Below, in pieces: positions 18,580 through 26,334 of a stretch of 35,744 bases of DNA. Every line of letters begins with the position of its first letter. Within the stretch, counting starts at the first letter, position 1. Both the position numbers and the translations under genes were made by a program. A model generated the notes under the pieces. The model searched no databases and was not told where the DNA came from. It saw nothing but the letters and a program-made list of their open reading frames with translations. This stretch comes from an uncultured Muribaculaceae bacterium (GTDB taxonomy: Bacteria > Bacillota_I > Bacilli_A > RF39 > UBA660): contig CAZQAO010000001.1 in the NCBI GenBank assembly GCA_964591225.1, positions 6,159 to 41,902 of the forward strand, in the 5' to 3' direction.

Positions 18580-19320
18580 ATGTATAGTAAATTATCTTAT
18601 TTATTTTTAATGTTTATGATTTATAGTTTTATCGGCTATATATGTGAAATTATTAGTACTAGTTTGATTAAAAAAAGATTAGTGAATCGGGGGTTTTTAT
18701 GTGGACCTTATTGTCCTATCTATGGACTTGGGGGAGTATTTATTTACTTTGCTTTATCCCGATTTAAAGATGACCCGATAACGGTTTTTATTTTAGGATC
18801 TATTATTACCTCAGCTTTAGAATATTTTACGAGTTTTATTTTAGAAAAAATATTTCATAATAAATGGTGGGATTATACAGGGCGGCGTTTTAATATTAAT
18901 GGGCGTATTTGTTTACAAAATACCTTATTATTTGGAGTTGGGGCTTTAGCTCTTATTTATGTAATACAACCGGTTATTGATAAATTTCTTTTAGCTTTAT
19001 CACCTAAAGTAGTTTTATGGTCTTCTATTATCATTGCTATTTTATTTACCATCGATTGTATTTATTCCTTTATTGTCGCTTATAATTTGCGGAATCGGAT
19101 TATTATTTGTGAAGAATTAAAACGGCAAAAAATTGCTAAATTACCTGGTATGTTAGAGAAATTAACCCGAGAACGAGTAGATCATTTTAAATTATATCCC
19201 AAACGGTTATTAGAAGCATTTCCGGCCTTAAAAAAAGCTAATTATAAAGAATTACGGATGATGAAGATAGTACGAGATAAGAAACATAAACAAAAAAAGG
19301 CAGCTAAAAATAAAGCTTAA
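18580..19320 (+). CDS. Putative ABC transporter permease-like membrane protein (DUF1113/CmpB family)
   Basis: FMIYSFIGY, NRGFLCGPYCPIYGLG, LEYFTS, WWDY..NINGRICL; sigmaA TTTACA-N17-TATAAT at 18518-18546. Confidence 0.85.
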   Translation: MYSKLSYLFLMFMIYSFIGYICEIISTSLIKKRLVNRGFLCGPYCPIYGLGGVFIYFALSRFKDDPITVFILGSIITSALEYFTSFILEKIFHNKWWDYTGRRFNINGRICLQNTLLFGVGALALIYVIQPVIDKFLLALSPKVVLWSSIIIAILFTIDCIYSFIVAYNLRNRIIICEELKRQKIAKLPGMLEKLTRERVDHFKLYPKRLLEAFPALKKANYKELRMMKIVRDKKHKQKKAAKNKA

Positions 19321-19357
19321 AATATGTATTATTTTTCGCCAAAAAACGACAAAAAAA

Positions 19358-19387
19358 GCATAAAATAAGGGAATTTGGGGCAAACTA
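19358..19387 (+). promoter_or_regulatory. sigmaF/sigmaG-type promoter
   Basis: GCATA(19358-19362)-N15-GGGCAAACTA(19378-19387). Confidence 0.6.
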
Positions 19388-19408
19388 TAAGTGAAAGGAG
19401 ATAGGAAA

Positions 19409-20161
19409 ATGATGAAATCACTTAAAGCCTCTATTCTAGGGGGAATCTTATTGCTTTTGATGCCTTTTTTAAGTGTTTACGCATCTTCTACTACAGTTAA
19501 TACAGAAAGTGAATTTAAAAGTGCGTTAGCTGACCAAAGTATTACCGATATTATTATTGGTAAAGATATTGATACAACTGAAAAGATCAATATTACAAGA
19601 CCAGTAACAATTGAAGGTAATAATCATACTTTAAAATATGTGGGTACTTTTGGTAGTGATAAGAGTCCTTCTAATAAAGTATGGGGTGGAATATATATCT
19701 TACAAGTTTATAAAACTATGGCTACTATTCGGAATATTAAATTAACTGGTGGTAATGCGGCCTTATTAGTTAATGGTGGCCAAGTAAAATTAGAAGGAAC
19801 CATTGATGTTTCTGGCAATGGCTTTGGTGGTATCGAACTCGGTCAAGGAGCTGGAGTAGAAAGTGTCGCTCGCTTAGATATGGACAAAGATACCAATATT
19901 GTAAATACGACCGAATCAAGTGATACTCCAACATTATGGGTACCAACTGATTCCGATAGTGCTATTATTTCAAAAGATGGCAAAGAACAAACGATAGCAC
20001 CAGGAGAAGAAATTAGAAATGAAGTATTAAATGCCATTTTTGAAGAACAAGTAAATCCTAAAACTAATGATGAATCAATGGAATCTATTATTTTAACTTC
20101 TTGTTTAGGAATATTTGGTTTAGAAACATTTGGTTATAGTTTTAAAAAATATTTTAATTAA
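19409..20161 (+). CDS. Secreted beta-helix-like protein with C-terminal NPKTN sorting signal
   Basis: Signal peptide ending VYA; VNTESEFKSAL..VTIEGNNHTL beta-helix cap; NPKTND then hydrophobic stretch and KK tail; ATG 19409 after GAAAGGAG. Confidence 0.7.
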   Translation: MMKSLKASILGGILLLLMPFLSVYASSTTVNTESEFKSALADQSITDIIIGKDIDTTEKINITRPVTIEGNNHTLKYVGTFGSDKSPSNKVWGGIYILQVYKTMATIRNIKLTGGNAALLVNGGQVKLEGTIDVSGNGFGGIELGQGAGVESVARLDMDKDTNIVNTTESSDTPTLWVPTDSDSAIISKDGKEQTIAPGEEIRNEVLNAIFEEQVNPKTNDESMESIILTSCLGIFGLETFGYSFKKYFN

Positions 20162-20167
20162 GAGACT

Positions 20168-20941
20168 TTAACGAGTTTCTTTTTTAATAAGTTTAGCATG
20201 AACGACAATTCGGTTGCCTAAATTATCTTTACAAGAAGATAGAGTTAATATTTTATCGGTTAGAGAAGGAGTAGTATTAAAGTTATAAATACTTCTTTTT
20301 TTAATGGTTGTTAAAAAATTGGCAAAAGATTCATCGCTTTCAAAATGAGTGGTAATGTAATAACTTTCTTCAAAGATAGAATAAACACTAAATATTTGCC
20401 ATATTAGGTTTTCGTTTGGCGTGGATAGTTTAATGATAGGGGGATTTTTTAGCCAGCTTTCTTCTAGAGCAAAACGCATACTGCCAAACATAGAGTCATC
20501 CAGTCGCCGATGCCCATAAATAACGGTATTTCGATCCCAATTTTTAGAGTTATTTCTAAAATCCATGAATATCCAACCCCCTTTACTAGAAGATTTATCA
20601 TAGTTATGGGTAAGATAGTAAGTATTATTATCAGTTTGGACGACGGGATAATCAATTTTAGTACCGGCCATTTGAATCCAAGCCACCGTATCCGGATTTT
20701 GCTTTATTAAATCTGTAAAATCTACTTGTAAAAAATCCGTATCAATATAATCCCAATAAGAGTCATTATCATCTTCGGGCGGATTAATCATTTGAATGTT
20801 ACTTTGAATATCTTCTTTAAAAGTACTTTGGATTTGGCGTGTTTGCCAGTTATCTTTAAAATGGTAAGCAATAGAAAAAATTGCATATAAAACTAGTACT
20901 CCCGAAACTAGCATGAGGATTAGATATTTTTTCTTTTTCAT
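20168..20941 (-). CDS. srtB: Class B sortase
   Basis: NPDTVAWI, IDYPVVQ, YYLTH, IYGHR..SMFG, LTLSSC, RIVVHAK (His-Cys-Arg triad). Confidence 0.92.
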   Translation of the reverse strand: MKKKKYLILMLVSGVLVLYAIFSIAYHFKDNWQTRQIQSTFKEDIQSNIQMINPPEDDNDSYWDYIDTDFLQVDFTDLIKQNPDTVAWIQMAGTKIDYPVVQTDNNTYYLTHNYDKSSSKGGWIFMDFRNNSKNWDRNTVIYGHRRLDDSMFGSMRFALEESWLKNPPIIKLSTPNENLIWQIFSVYSIFEESYYITTHFESDESFANFLTTIKKRSIYNFNTTPSLTDKILTLSSCKDNLGNRIVVHAKLIKKETR

Positions 20942-21031
20942 TTTATCCCTATCTTTCTTTTTTATTGTTGTTAAAAATAGAAAAACTATACTTTTTATTG
21001 GCAGTCATGATACAATAAGTATGGTGAAAAT

Positions 21032-22054
21032 ATGCAAAATATATATGGAATGACTCGTTCGGCTTTAGAAGATTATTTTCTGGCCCACAAAGAGAAAAAA
21101 TATAAAGCATTACAGGTTTATGAATGGTTATATCAAAAGAAAAATAATGATGTCAAAACATGGAGTAATATTAGAAAAGAAGTGCAAGACCGAATAATTA
21201 CTGATTTTTCTTTTTCTTTACCGCAAATTGTTAAAGAAGAAAAAGATAATTTAACGAGAAAATTCTTATTTTTATTAGCTGATCAAAATTATATTGAAGC
21301 AGTTGTGATGTATCATGATTATGGCATATCACTTTGTATATCGAGTCAAGTTGGTTGCAATATGGGATGCGCTTTTTGTGAAAGTGGTCGTCTTAAAAAG
21401 GTACGTAATTTAGAAACTTTTGAAATGGTCGCTCAAATTATTTTAATTGAAGAAAAAATAAAGGAAAGAATTAGTAGTGTCGTAATTATGGGTATCGGAG
21501 AACCTTTAGATAATTTTGCTAACGTGATGGATTTTATTCATATTATTAATGATGCCAAAGGACTAGCAATTGGTATCCGCCACATTACTTTATCGACTAG
21601 TGGTCTGGTTCCCCAAATCAAAGAGTTAGAAAAAATGGATTTACAAATTAATTTAGCCGTTTCGCTACATGCTCCTAATGATGAGATTCGCAATAAAATT
21701 ATGAAAGTAAATAAAGTGTATAGCATTAGTCAATTAATTACAGCAATAAAGAGCTATATTGCACATACTAATAGACGAGTAACAATAGAATATGTTATGC
21801 TAAAAGAAATAAATGATAGTGAAGCATGTGCAGTCTTACTAGCACAACTTTTAAAAGGAATGAATGTTTATGTGAATTTAATTCCTTACAATGAAACTAA
21901 TCATTTAGAGTTTAAAAAAAGTAGCACTATTGCTATTGATAAGTTTGCCAAAGTTCTAAAGGATAGAGGCATAAATGTCACTATTAGAAAAGAGTTTGGT
22001 AGCAAAATTTCTGCGGCATGCGGACAATTGCGGAGCAAAGAGGTGGAAAGATGA
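21032..22054 (+). CDS. rlmN: Dual-specificity RNA methyltransferase RlmN
   Basis: CISSQVGCNMGCAFC, MGIGEP, SLHAP, AACGQL. Confidence 0.97.
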   Translation: MQNIYGMTRSALEDYFLAHKEKKYKALQVYEWLYQKKNNDVKTWSNIRKEVQDRIITDFSFSLPQIVKEEKDNLTRKFLFLLADQNYIEAVVMYHDYGISLCISSQVGCNMGCAFCESGRLKKVRNLETFEMVAQIILIEEKIKERISSVVIMGIGEPLDNFANVMDFIHIINDAKGLAIGIRHITLSTSGLVPQIKELEKMDLQINLAVSLHAPNDEIRNKIMKVNKVYSISQLITAIKSYIAHTNRRVTIEYVMLKEINDSEACAVLLAQLLKGMNVYVNLIPYNETNHLEFKKSSTIAIDKFAKVLKDRGINVTIRKEFGSKISAACGQLRSKEVER

Positions 22055-22797
22055 AAAGCTTTTATTTAACTGATGCTGGTCGGGTACGTAGTCATAATGA
22101 GGATAGTGTAACTATCTTAAAAAATGCGAGTGGCGAATATCTTTTAATGGTAGCAGATGGTATGGGGGGTCATCGGGCTGGAGAGATTGCCTCAAGTATG
22201 GCCGTTACGCATTTAGGTAAACGGTTTAGTAAAATTGCTTCCATTGGTTCTAAGTTAGATGCTGTTAATTGGTTAAATGATAATGCTAGTGAGATTAATA
22301 AAGAAATAATTGAATATGCCAAGAATAATCCTAATTCGACTGGTTTAGGAACAACCTTAGTTTTGGCTTTGTTAACAAAAGAATATTTGATTTTTGGCAA
22401 TATTGGTGATTCTTCAGGATTTGTGCTAAAAAATGGTCATTTGCATAAAGTTACCAAGGACCATACCTTAGTTAATTTATTAGTAAGTGCGGGCGATTTA
22501 ACGGAAGAAGAAGCCCGGTTTCATCCTAAAAAAAATGTTTTAATGAAAGCTTTAGGGGCGATGGAAAAAGTTGAATTAGATATTTTTGATGTCGATTTAT
22601 CTAGTGAAGCTATTTTACTTTGCAGTGATGGTTTAACTAATATGTTAAGTGTAGAACAAATTGAAAAAGTACTTAATGATGATAGTTTAGAAATTGAAGA
22701 AAAAGTTATTAAATTAATTCGCAAGTGTAATGCCAGGGGTGGTCAAGATAATATTTCAATTGCTTATCTAATAATAGAAAGTGGTGACCAACAATGA
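22051..22797 (+). CDS. stp: PP2C Ser/Thr phosphatase
   Basis: DAGRVRSHNED, VADGMGGH, NIGDS, LCSDGL, GGQDNIS; ATG at 22051 overlaps rlmN stop. Confidence 0.95.
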   Translation: MKSFYLTDAGRVRSHNEDSVTILKNASGEYLLMVADGMGGHRAGEIASSMAVTHLGKRFSKIASIGSKLDAVNWLNDNASEINKEIIEYAKNNPNSTGLGTTLVLALLTKEYLIFGNIGDSSGFVLKNGHLHKVTKDHTLVNLLVSAGDLTEEEARFHPKKNVLMKALGAMEKVELDIFDVDLSSEAILLCSDGLTNMLSVEQIEKVLNDDSLEIEEKVIKLIRKCNARGGQDNISIAYLIIESGDQQ

Positions 22798-24551
22798 TCA
22801 TGAAGGGGCAAAAGATTAGTGATCGTTATCAAATCATTAAAAGTATTGGTGAAGGGGGCATGGCTAACGTCTATTTAGCTTATGATACTATTTTAGATCG
22901 TAACGTCGCAGTCAAATTATTGCGGGGCGATTTATCAAACGATGAAAAGTTTGTCAGACGTTTCCAAAGAGAAGCTTTATCGGCTAGTAGTTTAAATCAT
23001 CCCAATATTGTCGAAGTTTATGATGTCGGGGAAGATAATGGTAGTTATTATATCGTTATGGAATACATAGAAGGCCGGCATTTAAAAGATTTATTAAAAA
23101 AACGAGGTAAATTAACGACGAGTGAAGTTGTCGATATCATGTTACAAATTACTGATGGGATGAGTGTCGCCCATGATTCCTATATTATCCATCGAGATAT
23201 TAAACCGCAAAATATTATGATCTTAGAAAATGGTTTAGTAAAAATTACGGATTTTGGTATTGCGATGGCCATGAATGCCACTCAACTTACGCAAACTAAT
23301 TCAGTAATGGGTAGTGTCCATTATATTCCCCCTGAACAAGCTTGTGGTAAGGGTGCTACTTTACAAAGTGATATTTATTCGATGGGTATCGTCATGTACG
23401 AACTTTTAACTGGCAAACTTCCTTTTAGAGGAGATAATGCCGTTGAAATTGCTTTGAAACACTTAAAAGAACCAATGCCTAATATTCAAGATGAGTTACC
23501 TAATATTCCGAATAGCATTGTCAATATTATTTTAAAAGCTACGGCCAAAAATCCGAAGAATCGGTATAATGATGCTCGGGAAATGCACGAAGATTTAAAA
23601 ACTTGTTTAACGGATGCCAGGGCTCATGAAAAAATAATTGAATTTAAATATCCTGAAAATAATTTTGATGATTCAAAAATTAGTAAGATGCTAAAAGATG
23701 CTCCGAAAAAAGAAGTTGAAAGTGATAGTACACCTCCAATAGCTAAACAAATTACCAAAGATGATTTAAAAAAGCAAAATAAAGTCTTAATTATTCTAGC
23801 TTCTATTTTTACTGGTCTAGTTGTTATTATTACGAGTGTTGTTTTATTAATTCCGGCGATTACTACACAAAAAGAGATTACGGTACCGGATGTAAAAGAT
23901 AAAAGTATTCAAGAAGCCATTGAAACTTTACAAAATGCAGGCTTTAAAATTAGCGATGAACAACAAGAACAATCAAGTAATGATGTGGCAGAAGGACATA
24001 TTATTAAAACTAATCCTGCTGCTGGTAGTAAACGAACTAAAAATACGGTAATTACTCTTTATGTATCTTTAGGAGATACGAAAATACCAATTGAAAGTTA
24101 TTTAGGTAAAAATTATTTAGAAGTTAAAGGGGCTTTAGAAGCTTTAGGATTACAAGTTTTAATTGAAAAGAAAGATGTTGATGAAACGGGAAATTATAAA
24201 GATGGCGAAGTTATCGAACAATCTATTAAAGATGGCGAAAAATTATCAGTAGGAGATACCATTACTTTATATATTCCGAATATTATCAGTAAATATCCTG
24301 ATTTTACTGATGGTAGCTATACTGTAAGTGATGTCAAAGCCTTCTGTGATGAATATAAAATTCAATTAAATATTGATTATGTTCCGACTAGTGAATATGC
24401 TGTTAATACGATATTCTATCAAGATAAACCTAAAGGTTATACTATTATTGCTGGTCAAAATTTAAGAATTAAAGTAGCTGAAGAAAGTATCGATAGTAAT
24501 GGTAGCGAAGATAATTGTAGTGAAGAATCAAGGTTAGCTGGCTTATGTTAG
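22794..24551 (+). CDS. prkC: PASTA-domain Ser/Thr kinase
   Basis: GEGGMA, VAVK, HRDIKPQN, DFG, TM, PASTA repeats. Confidence 0.96.
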   Translation: MIMKGQKISDRYQIIKSIGEGGMANVYLAYDTILDRNVAVKLLRGDLSNDEKFVRRFQREALSASSLNHPNIVEVYDVGEDNGSYYIVMEYIEGRHLKDLLKKRGKLTTSEVVDIMLQITDGMSVAHDSYIIHRDIKPQNIMILENGLVKITDFGIAMAMNATQLTQTNSVMGSVHYIPPEQACGKGATLQSDIYSMGIVMYELLTGKLPFRGDNAVEIALKHLKEPMPNIQDELPNIPNSIVNIILKATAKNPKNRYNDAREMHEDLKTCLTDARAHEKIIEFKYPENNFDDSKISKMLKDAPKKEVESDSTPPIAKQITKDDLKKQNKVLIILASIFTGLVVIITSVVLLIPAITTQKEITVPDVKDKSIQEAIETLQNAGFKISDEQQEQSSNDVAEGHIIKTNPAAGSKRTKNTVITLYVSLGDTKIPIESYLGKNYLEVKGALEALGLQVLIEKKDVDETGNYKDGEVIEQSIKDGEKLSVGDTITLYIPNIISKYPDFTDGSYTVSDVKAFCDEYKIQLNIDYVPTSEYAVNTIFYQDKPKGYTIIAGQNLRIKVAEESIDSNGSEDNCSEESRLAGLC

Positions 24552-25387
24552 TGGAAGGAAGAATTATTAAGATTATTAGTAATTTATATACAGTCTGGAC
24601 CGAGAAGGGTATTATTGATTGTCGCGCCCGGGGCAAGTTTCGGTTTCAAAAAATTACTCCGATAGTAGGAGATTTATGTCAAGTTGATTTTGATAATCGT
24701 TATATTCTAGCAATACTGCCGCGGAAGAATTCGCTAACTAGGCCCTTAATTGCCAATGTGGATAGTGCATTAATTTTAGTGAGTGTGAAAAAACCGGATT
24801 TATCACTTTCTTTATTAGATAAGATGTTAACTACGATTACGCTGAATCAAATTGAACCCATACTTTGTTTTTCCAAATTAGATTTAATGACGAAAGATGA
24901 AAAGACGTCAATTGAAAATATAATGGCTTATTATGCCAATCTTGGTTATCCCGTTTTTAAAAATACGGAATTAAAAAAACTTATGCGGGCTTTACAACAT
25001 AAAATAATTGTCATTACCGGTCAAACGGGAGCGGGTAAAAGTACCTTATTAAATAATTTAGATCCGCATTTACATTTACAAACTGATGAAATTTCCGAGA
25101 GTTTAGGGCGGGGGAAACATACGACTAGACACGTCGAGTTATTTGCTATTGCTAATTTTTACATTGCGGATACTCCGGGTTTTTCTAGTTTAGATTTACA
25201 AGAATTTAGTGCTCAAGAAATCAAAAATAGTTTTCCCGAGTTTGCTTATTACTCTTGTGCTTTTCCTGATTGTAGTCATACTAAAGAGCGCGATTGTCAA
25301 GTAAAAGAAGCCGTAAGTAAAGGTCAAATCTTAAAATCACGATATGAAAACTATTTAACGTTTATAGGTAATAAGAGGGAAATATGA
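24545..25387 (+). CDS. rsgA: Ribosome small subunit-dependent GTPase A
   Basis: CRARGKFR, SKLDL, GQTGAGKST, RGKHTT, DTPGF, C..PDCSH..E.DC. Confidence 0.96.
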   Translation: MLVEGRIIKIISNLYTVWTEKGIIDCRARGKFRFQKITPIVGDLCQVDFDNRYILAILPRKNSLTRPLIANVDSALILVSVKKPDLSLSLLDKMLTTITLNQIEPILCFSKLDLMTKDEKTSIENIMAYYANLGYPVFKNTELKKLMRALQHKIIVITGQTGAGKSTLLNNLDPHLHLQTDEISESLGRGKHTTRHVELFAIANFYIADTPGFSSLDLQEFSAQEIKNSFPEFAYYSCAFPDCSHTKERDCQVKEAVSKGQILKSRYENYLTFIGNKREI

Positions 25388-26025
25388 AAGTAGCAGTATC
25401 ATTTTTAAAGAGTAATTATTCTCTGGCAAAAACTTTAAATTTGATTGAGAAATCTAAGGCTGATATCATTCATGTTGATGTTACCGATGGCTTATTTGTT
25501 AGTAGTAAAACGGTTTTTGATAAAGAAAAGTTAGATTTATTAAAACAATGTCAAAAACCGAAAGAAGTTCATTTAATGACTCTTCATTTAAAAGATTATA
25601 TCGATTGTTTTACCTATATTAAACCTACCACTATTATTTTAGCTTATGAAGCCACTACAGATACAGAAAAATGGATTTCTTATATTAAAGAAAAAAATAT
25701 CGGTGTCGGTTTAGCTATTGATCCATTTACCGATATTGACCAAATTCTCCCCTTTATAAATAGAGTGGATCAAATTTTAGTGATGTCGGTGATTCCGGGT
25801 TATGGGGCTCAAAAATTCTTGCCAGTGGCAGTAACTAAAATCAAACAACTTTATCAAATTAGAAAAGATAGTAAAGCTAAGTTTCAAATTAGTGTCGATG
25901 GGGGAATTGATGAAAATACCCTGGCCGAAATTGCTAGTTTAGTCGATACAGCAGTCAGTGGCTCCTATGTTTGTCTAAGTGGTAACTATAATGAACAAAT
26001 AACTAAATTAAAAGAACTTTCCTAG
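25384..26025 (+). CDS. rpe: Ribulose-phosphate 3-epimerase
   Basis: IHVDVTDG, EVHLM, MSVIPGYGAQ, VDGGI; canonical position after rsgA. Confidence 0.93.
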   Translation: MKVAVSFLKSNYSLAKTLNLIEKSKADIIHVDVTDGLFVSSKTVFDKEKLDLLKQCQKPKEVHLMTLHLKDYIDCFTYIKPTTIILAYEATTDTEKWISYIKEKNIGVGLAIDPFTDIDQILPFINRVDQILVMSVIPGYGAQKFLPVAVTKIKQLYQIRKDSKAKFQISVDGGIDENTLAEIASLVDTAVSGSYVCLSGNYNEQITKLKELS

Positions 26026-26042
26026 ATAAAGAAAGTTCTTTT
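26010..26042. terminator. Bidirectional intrinsic terminator rpe/rpmB
   Basis: AAAAGAACTTTC-N9-GAAAGTTCTTTT. Confidence 0.8.
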
Positions 26043-26200
26043 TAAGCTAATTTCTTGGCTTCGCGAGCGGTAATTAAAACGGTTTTACCATTAATTGTTT
26101 TCTTTTGTAAATTCGGTTTTTGTTTTCTTTTCGTCGCGTTGCAAGCTTTGCTACGATTATTTGCAGTTAAAGGTTTTTTCTTAGATATATTGACTGCCAA
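26042..26200 (-). CDS. rpmB: 50S ribosomal protein L28 (52 aa; not in ORF track)
   Basis: Manual translation MAVNISKKKPLTANNRSKACNATKRKQKPNLQKKTINGKTVLITAREAKKLA; TTG start after GGAGGTGG; canonical position. Confidence 0.92.
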   Translation of the reverse strand: MAVNISKKKPLTANNRSKACNATKRKQKPNLQKKTINGKTVLITAREAKKLA

Positions 26201-26235
26201 TTCTTCCACCTCCAATTGTTTTTTTCGTCTTTAAA

Positions 26236-26264
26236 ACTTTATCATAAACCAAAGGATAAGTCAA
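26236..26264 (-). promoter_or_regulatory. sigmaA promoter of rpmB
   Basis: TTGACT-N17-TAAAGT with TG extension. Confidence 0.65.
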
Positions 26265-26334
26265 ATCATTTCTGTGGCTTTTTTTATCTAAATTTTAATG
26301 CTATAATAAAAATTAGAACAGGGAGGTAGAGAAC

